Source: a virus
Lineage: Duplodnaviria; Heunggongvirae; Uroviricota; Caudoviricetes
DNA: 64,000 nt
Reading direction: 5' to 3' (one strand)
IMG/VR virus record: IMGVR_UViG_3300028103_000015
The translations under genes and the position numbers were made by a program. This document shows positions 45,419 through 55,210 of this stretch, in pieces (within the stretch, counting starts at the first letter, position 1; each line of letters begins with the position of its first letter). The notes under the pieces are model-generated. The model saw only the letters and a program-made list of their open reading frames with translations. It made no database searches and was not told where the DNA came from.

Positions 45419-46708
45419 ATGGCTGAGAACCTTGATACCCCGTCATTTGGCAACTTTAGTATTGAAAATACTATGGAAATGGGACCTGGAGGTGCAGAGC
45501 TTCTTAATGACTTGCTCTCTCCTGAAACTTCTACAAGCAATCCTGATCAGATTCAAGAGATTGTAAAGAACGTAGAAGATCCTGCTCCTGCTCCAAAACC
45601 TGAGGTGCCTAAAGGAAAAGAAATCGTTCCTCAACAAGATGGTAAAGAACCTTCTGCTCAGGACTTGATTTCAAACTTCCTTGGTGACAACACTGATGAA
45701 GAAGAGGAAGAAACACAACCTGTTGATCCTCAACCAGTTAAGAAGAAAGCTGGCGAAGCAAAACCTGCTGAAGCTGCTCCTGCTGCTGAAGAGGAATCAC
45801 AAGATGAGGAGACAGAACAAGTGAGTCAATTCACCGCACTTTCTCGTGACCTATTCAAACTTGGTGTCTTTTCAAAGGATGAAGATGAAGAAGATGCTGA
45901 CATCTCTACACCTGAAGCTTTCCTTGAGCGCTTCCAAAATGAGAAGAAGAAAGGAGCTGTTGAAATGGTGCAGAGCTTCATTGGTCAGTTTGGGGAAGAT
46001 TATCAACAAGCGTTTGATGCTATATTCGTAAAAGGCGTTAATCCAAAGGACTACTTTGGTACATATAATAACGTGACCAGCTTTGCTGAAATGGATTTGT
46101 CACAAGAGAATAATCAAGTGGCAGTGATAAAACAAGCACTAGCTGATCAGGGTTTTGAAACTGAAGACATTAACACAGAGGTTGAAAGACTCAAAAACTA
46201 CGGTGATTTGGAAAGCGTTGCTACAAAGCACCATAAAGTGTTGGTTAAAAAGGAAGCTGCAAAACTCCAACAAATGGAGCAAAGAGCTGAACAAGAACTC
46301 CAACAAAAGCAAGCAATCAAAAACCAATACATCCAGAATGTTCAGCAAGTTCTTAACGACAAGCTGAAATCTAAGGAGTTTGATGGTATACCCATCAATC
46401 CCAAGTTGGCAAACGAACTACAAGACTTCCTGCTGGTAGATAAGTATAAGACAGCAAACGGTGAGACCCTCACTGATTTCGACAAGACCATCTTGGAATT
46501 GAAGAGACCTGAGAACCATGCAACAAAGGTGAAAGTTGCTCTCCTGCTTAAAATCTTAGAAAAAGACCCTACATTATCTACCATCCAAAGAACAGGCGTT
46601 TCAAAGAAATCAAACGAGCTGTTTGGGGAAGTGGCTAGACAGGTTACAAAAACTAAGTCAGCAGTGGGTGGTGCACAGCCTTCTAAACAAAATTCATGGT
46701 TCTTATAA
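45419..46708 (+). CDS. putative scaffolding protein (acidic N-terminus, coiled-coil middle)
   Basis: EEEEE/PA-rich low-complexity stretch, then coiled coil. Lies between the portal region and the capsid candidate. Confidence 0.4.
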   Translation: MAENLDTPSFGNFSIENTMEMGPGGAELLNDLLSPETSTSNPDQIQEIVKNVEDPAPAPKPEVPKGKEIVPQQDGKEPSAQDLISNFLGDNTDEEEEETQPVDPQPVKKKAGEAKPAEAAPAAEEESQDEETEQVSQFTALSRDLFKLGVFSKDEDEEDADISTPEAFLERFQNEKKKGAVEMVQSFIGQFGEDYQQAFDAIFVKGVNPKDYFGTYNNVTSFAEMDLSQENNQVAVIKQALADQGFETEDINTEVERLKNYGDLESVATKHHKVLVKKEAAKLQQMEQRAEQELQQKQAIKNQYIQNVQQVLNDKLKSKEFDGIPINPKLANELQDFLLVDKYKTANGETLTDFDKTILELKRPENHATKVKVALLLKILEKDPTLSTIQRTGVSKKSNELFGEVARQVTKTKSAVGGAQPSKQNSWFL

Positions 46709-46734
46709 ATTTTCATAAATAAAAGGATAACAAA

Positions 46735-48288
46735 ATGGCAATTCAAACAATCCCAGGTCTAACTGGCTTCACGTATGCTCGTGTCGCATCTATGGACAAG
46801 CGTGCTGTTGGTAAGCTAACTGACGCTAACCACCTGGAGAGCTTCCACTCAACTGAGCCTGCTGATTACGACAAGAAAATCATCAGCCTCTATACACAGA
46901 GCTCTCTTTACAGCAACGACTTCCTAGACATGATCAACAAAAGCACGCCTTATTACATTGATAATAATAGCGATGCTTGGAAATGGCAAGTAGCTGTTCC
47001 GTACAAATTCCCTAAAATCATCGACATCCCTGCTTCCACTCTTGAGTTGAGCAAGCCTGGTATTGATGGTCAAGAGTTCCAATTGGTAATTGACACAAAC
47101 GAGTTCTCTAAGAACGCTATCGTTTCTGTTGGTTCTCGCCAATATGGTCCTCGCTTTTACGTTATTAAGGATCCAGTTCCTTGGAACATGGGCTTCCTTT
47201 ATAGCTTCACTTTGGTTACAGACAATCCAACTGTAGACTTCGTTAGTCCTGTGTTCTTGCAAGTGGGCATTGAACTTGAACTAGTTGACGCTGCGATTGG
47301 TGAATTTGACCAAGACTTGTTAGGTCTTCCTCGTTTGGGTGAGCAAATCACAATGTTTGAATCTTTGGGTTCTGCATATGGTTTTGAGCACAAAATCACT
47401 GAGTGGGCTGATGACAAAATGATGAGAGATAGCAAAGGTAATCCTTTGGATATCTTGGTTTACGCTCCTCAAAGACGTAACCAACTTCCTTTAACTCGTA
47501 ACGATGTTAAATGGGAGCCATTCATCGAGTTCTGGATGAGAAAGTCTATGCTTGAGTTGAAAGTTAAGCGTATGATTTGGTCTCGCCCAGGCACTGTTAA
47601 AACAAATGGTAGCAAGCAAGAATTGAAGCGTACATCTGCTGGTGTTTACCACAGAATGCGTAACAACGGTAACTTGGTACAATACAACCGTGGTGAATTC
47701 ACTGCGAACTTGATCCGTTCTGTTTTTGGAGACTTGTTCTACAGAAGGGTGGATGTTAAAGATCGTAGAGTGAAAATGTACACCAACGAAGCTGGATTTG
47801 ACGTGTTCCAACAAGCTTTGAAGAATGACGCTTTGAACAGCGGTTTGACATTCATGGCTGATAGCGGTAACCGTTATTTGCAAGGCGAAGGCCAGCACAT
47901 CACTTACAACTTTGCATTCGATGCAATGGTTACACGTGAAACTGGTCGTGTTGAGCTCATCCATTTGAAAGAATTGGATTTGCCTCAAACTAACTTAGAA
48001 TTTGGTCAGAACAAGAAGAGCACTCCTGTATTCATGGTATTTGACGTGTCTCCAATGTCTGATGGTTCTATGGTTAACAACATCCGTGAAGTTCGTATGA
48101 AGGGTGCACCTTCTATGACTTGGGGATATATTGATGGAACTCGTCACCATTTGGGATTTGCCAAATCTCAGGGTATGAGCTCTGCAAACAAATTCCCAGG
48201 ATATGAAATCTGGATGAAAGACCGTTGTGATGTCTTTATCGAAGACTTGTCTCGTACAGTTTTGATCGAAGAGATTCCACAATTCTAA
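46735..48288 (+). CDS. putative major capsid protein (517 aa)
   Basis: Gene order terminase-portal-scaffold-X. Followed by a very strong GC-rich hairpin. Confidence 0.4.
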   Translation: MAIQTIPGLTGFTYARVASMDKRAVGKLTDANHLESFHSTEPADYDKKIISLYTQSSLYSNDFLDMINKSTPYYIDNNSDAWKWQVAVPYKFPKIIDIPASTLELSKPGIDGQEFQLVIDTNEFSKNAIVSVGSRQYGPRFYVIKDPVPWNMGFLYSFTLVTDNPTVDFVSPVFLQVGIELELVDAAIGEFDQDLLGLPRLGEQITMFESLGSAYGFEHKITEWADDKMMRDSKGNPLDILVYAPQRRNQLPLTRNDVKWEPFIEFWMRKSMLELKVKRMIWSRPGTVKTNGSKQELKRTSAGVYHRMRNNGNLVQYNRGEFTANLIRSVFGDLFYRRVDVKDRRVKMYTNEAGFDVFQQALKNDALNSGLTFMADSGNRYLQGEGQHITYNFAFDAMVTRETGRVELIHLKELDLPQTNLEFGQNKKSTPVFMVFDVSPMSDGSMVNNIREVRMKGAPSMTWGYIDGTRHHLGFAKSQGMSSANKFPGYEIWMKDRCDVFIEDLSRTVLIEEIPQF

Positions 48289-48342
48289 TGACCGTACTAG
48301 TGATGCTACCCGTAAGATCAGCATCCTAGTCTTCATAAAATC

Positions 48343-48386
48343 GAGAAGAGAATGCCCCCCACACTCCCTGTGGGGGAGCTCTTCTC
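48343..48386 (+). other. strong GC-rich hairpin (outer stem GAGAAGAG/CTCTTCTC, inner stem CCCCCACA/TGTGGGGG) with no U-tract
   Basis: Seen directly. Possible transcript-stabilising or attenuating structure after the capsid-candidate gene. Confidence 0.5.
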
Positions 48387-48478
48387 AAACTACAGAGTGG
48401 TTGGACTGGGGTGTCTCCCAATCGCTATCCCTTCGATGGGAATCACTCTGCGAATAAAACCAAATAAATAAACTACAT

Positions 48479-49447
48479 ATGGGTAAGTTAGGTAAAATCT
48501 CAACAATTAAGAAGGAGTATAATAACTCACAACTTCAGACAATGCAAGGTGGACTTGCTTTAAAAGGTTTAACGCGTATTCCTGGAACAGGGGTGTTTAA
48601 ATATCCCTATAAGGAATTGGATGGTAAATACAGAACAGGACTTGATACTGAAGCTGCTTACATCCGCAGAATTTCTGATCCTCTAGAAAGAGACTTGGAG
48701 ATTGAGCGTGTTACAAAACTGAAAGCTAAATTGCAAGCTGCTCTTGGTGATGTTGACTTAGGTCCTCGTTCTAGTTTTTGGAACTATGGATTGTCTACAT
48801 CTACACAAGATGGAATGCATGTTCAGCCTGTTAAACTTCTGGATGGTGACAACTTCTTCGATCTTGCAATTCCTCTACAGGAACTAGCTTTTTCTTGGTT
48901 ACGTGTTCATCCAACCATCGCAAGCTCATATCAAGCTTGGGAGCGTGGTGAATATCCAGCTGACACACAGTTTTACGTAGCTGATGATGAAATTGAAAAT
49001 GCTGTTCTGTTCAAGAAGAAGCAACTCATCAACAAAGCTATTGTCAAGTTTGATGGAATGACTCCTGAGAGAAAAAGAAAAGTGGCACGTTTGTTGGGCC
49101 TACCTGTAACTGATGATACTAAAGAGGAAGCAGTTTACAACCTTGTAGACAATGTCCTCAAACAAACCGAGTTTAAAAACGGTAAGTATCAGGGGTTGAA
49201 TCCTGTTGAAGTGTTCACACGCTTTGCAGATATGAAAGACAACTTACTCCATATCAAAGACTTAGTGAAACAAGCCATCACACATTCAATATACAGATCT
49301 AAGCCAAATGGTAAAATCTATGAAGGTGAATTTGAAATAGCTAAGGACGAAGATGATTTGATTAAACAACTCTCTGATGATGACAATCAAGACTTGCTCT
49401 TGACTCTCGAAGGAAAGTTGAAAACTAAGAAATTAGCTGCAGTATGA
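48479..49447 (+). CDS. hypothetical structural protein
   Basis: 322-aa ORF. Its leader AAATAAACTACATATGG is shared with gene 45419. Confidence 0.5.
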   Translation: MGKLGKISTIKKEYNNSQLQTMQGGLALKGLTRIPGTGVFKYPYKELDGKYRTGLDTEAAYIRRISDPLERDLEIERVTKLKAKLQAALGDVDLGPRSSFWNYGLSTSTQDGMHVQPVKLLDGDNFFDLAIPLQELAFSWLRVHPTIASSYQAWERGEYPADTQFYVADDEIENAVLFKKKQLINKAIVKFDGMTPERKRKVARLLGLPVTDDTKEEAVYNLVDNVLKQTEFKNGKYQGLNPVEVFTRFADMKDNLLHIKDLVKQAITHSIYRSKPNGKIYEGEFEIAKDEDDLIKQLSDDDNQDLLLTLEGKLKTKKLAAV

Positions 49448-50175
49448 TACCAGTAGATAGTTTATTATACAAGATAGATCAGAAACTAAATAAACTATCA
49501 ACTAATGTACACCAGCAGATAAACTTAGAAGACAAGATACTAGCCCTCAATGAGGCTCAGATAAAGCTGATAAAACAAAAGGTTGATGGTTTTAGTGTGA
49601 TAAGTGGAATGGGACTTGACGCTTTTAAGAAGCGTTACGAGGACCTCCAAAGTTTGGTGATCACTTACAACCACCAACCTCTTGAGCTCAAACTCAAGAA
49701 CAAGGAACTAAATCAATGGTTTGCTAATCTGCATCTCCTAGTTCCCAAGTACATGTTCTATATTGATAGTTATGTACTGGCTGACAAAGGAGTGTGTAAG
49801 GACAGAAAGATCTGGATAAACAGAGATTTGGCTAAACATGGTGACCTTCAGTTCATTCTGAACAACGACCATTACAGACCAAGCTTTGAATACCAAGAGA
49901 CTTTCAACTTCCTTTCGACAGATGAAATAAGCATCTTCACCGATGGGACATTCACCCCAAGCAAAATCTACATGTCTTACATGAGATATCCAGTTTATAT
50001 CAATAAAGAAGGATATATAATGCTTGACGGAGAACCATCTTACAACCAAGACTGCGAACTTGAACTCTATCTAGAGGATGAATTGGTAGACTTAACAGTA
50101 CAAAACCTAGCTATGTATACAGAGAACGCACCCGCTGTTCAAAGTGCACAGTTCAGGATACAGACAAACGAATAA
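49444..50175 (+). CDS. hypothetical structural protein
   Basis: 243 aa. ATGA start overlap. Confidence 0.5.
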   Translation: MIPVDSLLYKIDQKLNKLSTNVHQQINLEDKILALNEAQIKLIKQKVDGFSVISGMGLDAFKKRYEDLQSLVITYNHQPLELKLKNKELNQWFANLHLLVPKYMFYIDSYVLADKGVCKDRKIWINRDLAKHGDLQFILNNDHYRPSFEYQETFNFLSTDEISIFTDGTFTPSKIYMSYMRYPVYINKEGYIMLDGEPSYNQDCELELYLEDELVDLTVQNLAMYTENAPAVQSAQFRIQTNE

Positions 50176-50203
50176 GTTTTTTAATCACTAAAAATAAAGC
50201 AAA

Positions 50204-51376
50204 ATGGCTGATTTTTCATTAACTACGCTCTTCGTAGTACCAGTAGGGCAAACTGCGCTCCCTAGCTCTGGATCTACGCAAGACCTAACAGCAGGTCAGG
50301 TGGGTATCTACCGTGCTGACTACTCTGTTGCCACAGCTGGTAACATTGCTGCTTCTCCTTATTTCTATATTGCGCAGGGCCGTACCAACACTTATCTGCA
50401 AGGCTCTAAGCGTTCTGATAAGATTAAAGGTTGTCCTTCAGGATCTGGTTGCAAAAGCAACGTAACTGAATGGTATAAAGTGAACGGTTGTCCTACACCA
50501 TTGACTCAAATCACTGATGTAGTAAACTGGAATGTACAATGTGGTGAGGTGGTAACCCTTACACTTCGTGCTCACTCTAGCTATTTAGACACTTTGTATT
50601 TTAACGGTTTCACTCGTTCAGTCACTGTAAATGCTCCTTGTTGTGAGTGTGACGGTAACCCTTGTGCTGCTGTTGATGTTCCTGCATTCATTGATGATGT
50701 AATCTATCATTTGAATTTGCAAGCTCCAGGTAACAACCCTGACAACATCACTTTGTCTGATTTCTATCAGTTCCAAAGAATTGGTAATGATGCAAACGCA
50801 TTCTTGCGTATCACTGGTAAACCATTGACTAAATATGGTCAGCCTTGTGACGTTGCAGCATTTCCTTTCGAGTATGACAGAATGTGGTTCCGTACATTCG
50901 TGTACAGTGGTCCAGCAACAACTGCTGACTTCATTGTGTACGATCCTTGTAACGTTGTTGCTGATCCTGTAGTTGTACAGCGTTCTTCTTACGCCACTGG
51001 TACTTCTGCTGAGATTGCACAATTAGAAAAGAACTTCTACAGCTATCAAGCTGGTTACTTGAAGCATCTTTACAGAATGAATGGCTACAACGAGAACTTT
51101 GAATCTTGGGTGAGCGATGGTACAACCTACACCACCTATTACATCAAGTTCAATGAGTATGACAAGTCTGTTTACAGCTGGGGCGATTATATCAAAGAAG
51201 ATAGCACTGTAATCATTGCTGTTGAAAAAGATAGCGCTGCTGAAGCTGCAATTGAGGCTGTTCTTGTAGCTGGTCTTGGTGCTGTGGCTGATGAGAATGG
51301 AGTTTGTGTAACTACCACTTCTACAACAACCACTGTATGGCCTTCTACTTCTACTACTACAACTTTGATTCCGTAA
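50204..51376 (+). CDS. hypothetical structural protein with C-terminal Thr/Ser-rich tail
   Basis: 390 aa, ending ...VTTTSTTTTVWPSTSTTTTLIP. Confidence 0.5.
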   Translation: MADFSLTTLFVVPVGQTALPSSGSTQDLTAGQVGIYRADYSVATAGNIAASPYFYIAQGRTNTYLQGSKRSDKIKGCPSGSGCKSNVTEWYKVNGCPTPLTQITDVVNWNVQCGEVVTLTLRAHSSYLDTLYFNGFTRSVTVNAPCCECDGNPCAAVDVPAFIDDVIYHLNLQAPGNNPDNITLSDFYQFQRIGNDANAFLRITGKPLTKYGQPCDVAAFPFEYDRMWFRTFVYSGPATTADFIVYDPCNVVADPVVVQRSSYATGTSAEIAQLEKNFYSYQAGYLKHLYRMNGYNENFESWVSDGTTYTTYYIKFNEYDKSVYSWGDYIKEDSTVIIAVEKDSAAEAAIEAVLVAGLGAVADENGVCVTTTSTTTTVWPSTSTTTTLIP

Positions 51377-51408
51377 TAGTAGGAGAATAACCTAGATTAT
51401 ATTAACCT

Positions 51409-51457
51409 AAGCCAGAGGTGAGAGGATTTAAAACTCAATCCTCTGGCTTAATTATTT
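51409..51457 (+). terminator. terminator-like hairpin (10-bp stem AAGCCAGAGG/CCTCTGGCTT, 21-nt loop) followed by AATTATTT
   Basis: Seen directly. Confidence 0.4.
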
Positions 51458-51465
51458 AAGACAAC

Positions 51466-52029
51466 ATGGCAGATTTAAAACTAGACATACTGGTAATCCC
51501 TACATATAATGTAACCACACTTGGGGTTGCTGATGCCTCTACCTATCCAACTAATCCACCTGTTGTTTCTGGTGCTACAATTGAAATCACAGTTCCTGGA
51601 TTTGGCACATTCTTCAAACCTTTTAGTGTTAATGACTTCAACATATTTACAACATCAAACTTAGGAATCACTCCTCCAGGTGTGGATCAGCCACTTCCTG
51701 ATGGTGTGTATCGTTTAAAATATTCTGTGGCTCCTGCATACTTAAACTATGTAGAGAAGTCAATCATGCGTATTGAACAGCTACAAGAGAAGTTTGATGG
51801 AGCATTTATGAAGCTTGATATGATGGAATGTGATAGAGCTATAAAAACACAAGCGTTTGTAGATTTGAACACTATAAATTTCTTTATACAGGGAGCTTTA
51901 GCTGCTGCCAACAACTGTGCTGATGTTGAAGCAACAAAAATGTACAATCAGGCAGATATGATGCTGAACAACTTCTTGAAGAACAATTGTGGATGTTCTG
52001 GAAACAACTACATTATAAACTTTTATTAA
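51466..52029 (+). CDS. hypothetical structural protein with Cys-rich C-terminus
   Basis: 187 aa, ending ...NNCADVEA...NNCGCSGNNY. Confidence 0.5.
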   Translation: MADLKLDILVIPTYNVTTLGVADASTYPTNPPVVSGATIEITVPGFGTFFKPFSVNDFNIFTTSNLGITPPGVDQPLPDGVYRLKYSVAPAYLNYVEKSIMRIEQLQEKFDGAFMKLDMMECDRAIKTQAFVDLNTINFFIQGALAAANNCADVEATKMYNQADMMLNNFLKNNCGCSGNNYIINFY

Positions 52030-52030
52030 T

Positions 52031-52183
52031 ATGGCTGCTTGTAAAAAATGTGGAGCTAAGGTTGGATGTGGATGTCAATTGATTAACGGTCTTTGTGCTG
52101 CATGCAATTCTGCTGTAAAACAAGGAAGAAAAATTATAGGAAATGTTATCACCCAGGCTTACAAATTGTCCAGAGTGCGCTAG
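52031..52183 (+). CDS. small Cys-rich protein (50 aa; not in the ORF track)
   Basis: Translation: MAACKKCGAKVGCGCQLINGLCAACNSAVKQGRKIIGNVITQAYKLSRVR. Confidence 0.3.
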   Translation: MAACKKCGAKVGCGCQLINGLCAACNSAVKQGRKIIGNVITQAYKLSRVR

Positions 52184-52409
52184 TATTCCCAATCTTATCG
52201 CTGAGATAGATTGTAAACTGGCAGCCCTTGGAAACAATTTGTACAATAATGTTGTGTTTATGTTGAACCAGCCTGTACCTGGAGGGGTAATGCTGGCACT
52301 CATAAACTACAGAAGAATACTTGTCTACAAGTATTGTAATCCCGATTATGCTGCTTGTTATACAGTGAATATGATTGCGAGCAGAGTTAAACTTTTAAAA
52401 TATAAATAA
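52143..52409 (+). CDS. hypothetical Cys-containing protein
   Basis: 88-aa ORF. Confidence 0.35.
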   Translation: MLSPRLTNCPECASIPNLIAEIDCKLAALGNNLYNNVVFMLNQPVPGGVMLALINYRRILVYKYCNPDYAACYTVNMIASRVKLLKYK

Positions 52410-53507
52410 ATGTCCAACATTTGTTCAAATTGCTATAACGGTTGTGCAGAAACAATTTCTGATCAATGTGTGAGATATACAGGAGTGGATGTTCCCGTTT
52501 TGGGAATTCAAACAGGAGATTCTCTTTCGTATGTTGAACAAGCATTGATTACTTTTCTTGTATCTACACTTGATGGAAGTGGTATAGTTTTACCAATTGA
52601 CCCTCAAATTATCTGTGAGATTGTAAACAAGAATCTTGTAGAATGTGAAGACCTCACACTCATAAATGTTATCAATGCATTAATAAAGGCCATATGTGAG
52701 CTTGACACAAGACTCACTGCTCTTGAGGCTGACTTTGCTGCTCTAGAGGGAGCATATACAGTGGGTTGTCTTGATGGTGTAACTGGTTCTTCTGGAACAC
52801 ATGCCATCCTTCAGGCAGCCATCAATAAGATTTGTGATATAGAAGTGGACCTTGCAGCGCTAGCTCTTGATGTAGATACAAACTATGTCAAGCTTGCTGA
52901 TCTCAACGCATTAATTCAGGCTTACCTAAACAGTATTGGTACAAGCACCAAGTATTATAACAAAATGATACCTTATGTAGCTGTAGAATACTATGGCTCT
53001 CTTACAGGTAAGTTTGATGGTACAGGTGCTGGTATTGGTGACTGGGAGAAAATCTACCTCTGTAATGGTCAAAATGGAACGCCTGATAAAAGAGGACGTG
53101 TTCCAGTGGGAGTGACAACAGGTATGGGAGGTGGAGCTATGAGCCCTGCAGTGGATCCTGCTGTGCCAAGCAACCCTAACTACACTCTTCTGGGAACAGC
53201 TGGTTCTAATACAGTGACTCTTGCTACCAACCAAATACCTGCACACTCACACTCAGCTACATCATCTGTAACTGATCCTGGACACACACATACACTTGCT
53301 TACGCTCCTGGTAAATCTGATCCAGATGAAGCGGGTGCTGTTGCTGATTATATGGATCAAGCTGGTACAAAGAGTTCTTCTGCAACTACTAACTCAGCAA
53401 GTACAGGAATCTCCGTAAGTGTTACTATTGGCTCTACAGGAGGAGGACTAGGTCATAACAACTATCAACCTGGTCTTGGATGTTACTACATCATGTATAT
53501 TCCTTAA
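52410..53507 (+). CDS. tail fibre protein with C-terminal phage tail-collar (Collar/MdpB-like) domain
   Basis: YLCNGQNGTPDKRGRVPVG and NQIPAHSHS are hallmark Collar-domain motifs. The ...YYIMYIP ending also fits. Confidence 0.7.
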   Translation: MSNICSNCYNGCAETISDQCVRYTGVDVPVLGIQTGDSLSYVEQALITFLVSTLDGSGIVLPIDPQIICEIVNKNLVECEDLTLINVINALIKAICELDTRLTALEADFAALEGAYTVGCLDGVTGSSGTHAILQAAINKICDIEVDLAALALDVDTNYVKLADLNALIQAYLNSIGTSTKYYNKMIPYVAVEYYGSLTGKFDGTGAGIGDWEKIYLCNGQNGTPDKRGRVPVGVTTGMGGGAMSPAVDPAVPSNPNYTLLGTAGSNTVTLATNQIPAHSHSATSSVTDPGHTHTLAYAPGKSDPDEAGAVADYMDQAGTKSSSATTNSASTGISVSVTIGSTGGGLGHNNYQPGLGCYYIMYIP

Positions 53508-53528
53508 TAGCTAAACTCTTTACATAAA

Positions 53529-53783
53529 ATGATATTTCTTCCACAAAACCCATGCTGCACACCTGTAGTCACTCCTGTTTATGCTGCGTGTGAACCTTGT
53601 ACAGCACAGCCTATTCCAACGAATAGTGTGTCATACAGTGGTCCAAACCTTCCATGTACACAGATTCATACATGTGATACAGTGACTGTGTCTCTTCAAA
53701 AAATAGACGAACAAATTTGTATACTGAAACAACAAATCGTAAACCTTCAGAGTCAAATAGACGATTGTTGCACACCTTCATAA
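53529..53783 (+). CDS. small Cys-rich coiled-coil protein (possible fibre assembly or attachment factor)
   Basis: 84 aa. CC and C..C motifs, with an LQKIDEQICILKQQIVNLQSQIDD coiled coil. Confidence 0.4.
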   Translation: MIFLPQNPCCTPVVTPVYAACEPCTAQPIPTNSVSYSGPNLPCTQIHTCDTVTVSLQKIDEQICILKQQIVNLQSQIDDCCTPS

Positions 53784-53818
53784 AGTTAAAAATCCCTGTT
53801 TGTTGGTTTTCAGGGATC

Positions 53819-53854
53819 CTCCCTGGGGCTATGGCCCTGGGGAGTTTTTGTTTT
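53819..53854 (+). terminator. rho-independent terminator
   Basis: Stem CTCCCTGGGGC/GCCCTGGGGAG with a TATG loop, followed by TTTTTGTTTT. Confidence 0.55.
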
Positions 53855-53959
53855 CTAACTAACTTAGTTAGTAACAATAATGAAGTTGGTTAAAATAATT
53901 TGGAAAATATGAAAAAACTTTCGTACCTTTAGGCCAATTTTAATCAAACTAAAACGTAA

Positions 53960-55210
53960 ATGCCTGAAAATCAATCTCTTCTGCAACAGATGGAGCATAT
54001 GCTTCACTGGAAAAAGAGCAAAAAGTTCTATGCAGACAAACTCAACATTACAGAAAGCGAAGTGGATGATTTGATAAAGGAGCTGCGAAGTTCGCAGATG
54101 GCACAGGATGACGCAGAGATAGGGAACTACATTGGGGAGCTAGAAGATCAGATAGTAAGATTTTATGAAGACGTTCAAAGGGGAACTGGAGAAGTGGTCT
54201 TCAACTCTAAAGAGGAAATCAAAAGTTTAGATGAGCTCATTGAGAAGTGCAAGATTGATACAGAGAAATGGGAAATAACTAAATACGTACAAAACTACTG
54301 GGGAAATGCTGAGCAGCCTCACTACCAAGTGAAAGCATGGCTGGGCAAGAAGAAAGGAGAACAAGTTTTTCAAGATAATTTCATCACATTTCTTGAGACA
54401 TATACACCTGTTTCGCCTGAGATAGTGGCTCCTAAGTATGATGCAGGCAGACAAGATGCTTGCCTTATTATCAACAAACAGGATGCCCATTTAAACAAAC
54501 TAGATATAGCAGGGGATAACGATATAGACGAGCGTTTTGGTGATTTCATACAGAGGGTGGAGATCATCCTAGACCAAGCCTCTCTAGCCAACAATCTCAC
54601 AGATATCAAATACATCATTGGTTCTGATGAGTTCAATAGTGAGTTTACCAACACCACTACAAAGGGTACACCCCAACAAAACATCTTGTCCTATCACGAT
54701 GCTTTCCAAGCTATCTGTGATCATGAAGTGAGTGTGATAAACCTTCTCCTTCAGAAGGGTGAAGAAGTGGAGGTGATATTTGTAGCTGGCAATCATGATG
54801 AGTATGTAGGATGGCATTTAGCCAGTTGGTTGAAAACCTATTACAGAAAAGAATATCGTGTGCATTTTGACATATCTCCAAGGTATAGGAAGTACGTAAG
54901 TTATGGAAGTTCTGCAATGATGTTCAACCACGGAGATGCTCTTAAGCCTGCAAAACTTGCGCATCTGTTCCCAATGGAGTTCAAATTTGCATGGTCAGAC
55001 CACGATAATTTCTACATATTTACAGGTGATAAACACCATGAAATGAGTTTAGATTTCAATGGTATTAAGTTCTATCAGCTTCCAGCCTTCTCCACAGCTA
55101 AGAGTGGATGGGATGATAAAAATGGGTACACAATAACCAAAGGTGAAGTGACAGGATTCTTGATAGACTATGATAATGGAATAACAAATATATTCAAACA
55201 GTATTTATAA
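53960..55210 (+). CDS. calcineurin-like metallophosphoesterase domain protein
   Basis: GNHDEY (motif III), FNHGD, and GDKHHEM (GHxH-like). Confidence 0.45.
   Translation: MPENQSLLQQMEHMLHWKKSKKFYADKLNITESEVDDLIKELRSSQMAQDDAEIGNYIGELEDQIVRFYEDVQRGTGEVVFNSKEEIKSLDELIEKCKIDTEKWEITKYVQNYWGNAEQPHYQVKAWLGKKKGEQVFQDNFITFLETYTPVSPEIVAPKYDAGRQDACLIINKQDAHLNKLDIAGDNDIDERFGDFIQRVEIILDQASLANNLTDIKYIIGSDEFNSEFTNTTTKGTPQQNILSYHDAFQAICDHEVSVINLLLQKGEEVEVIFVAGNHDEYVGWHLASWLKTYYRKEYRVHFDISPRYRKYVSYGSSAMMFNHGDALKPAKLAHLFPMEFKFAWSDHDNFYIFTGDKHHEMSLDFNGIKFYQLPAFSTAKSGWDDKNGYTITKGEVTGFLIDYDNGITNIFKQYL

Noticed and set aside
47491-48336. Minus-strand ORFs of 165 aa and 113 aa inside the capsid-candidate gene
   Set aside because: They are antisense to a long, well-tiled plus-strand structural gene and have no plausible start context.
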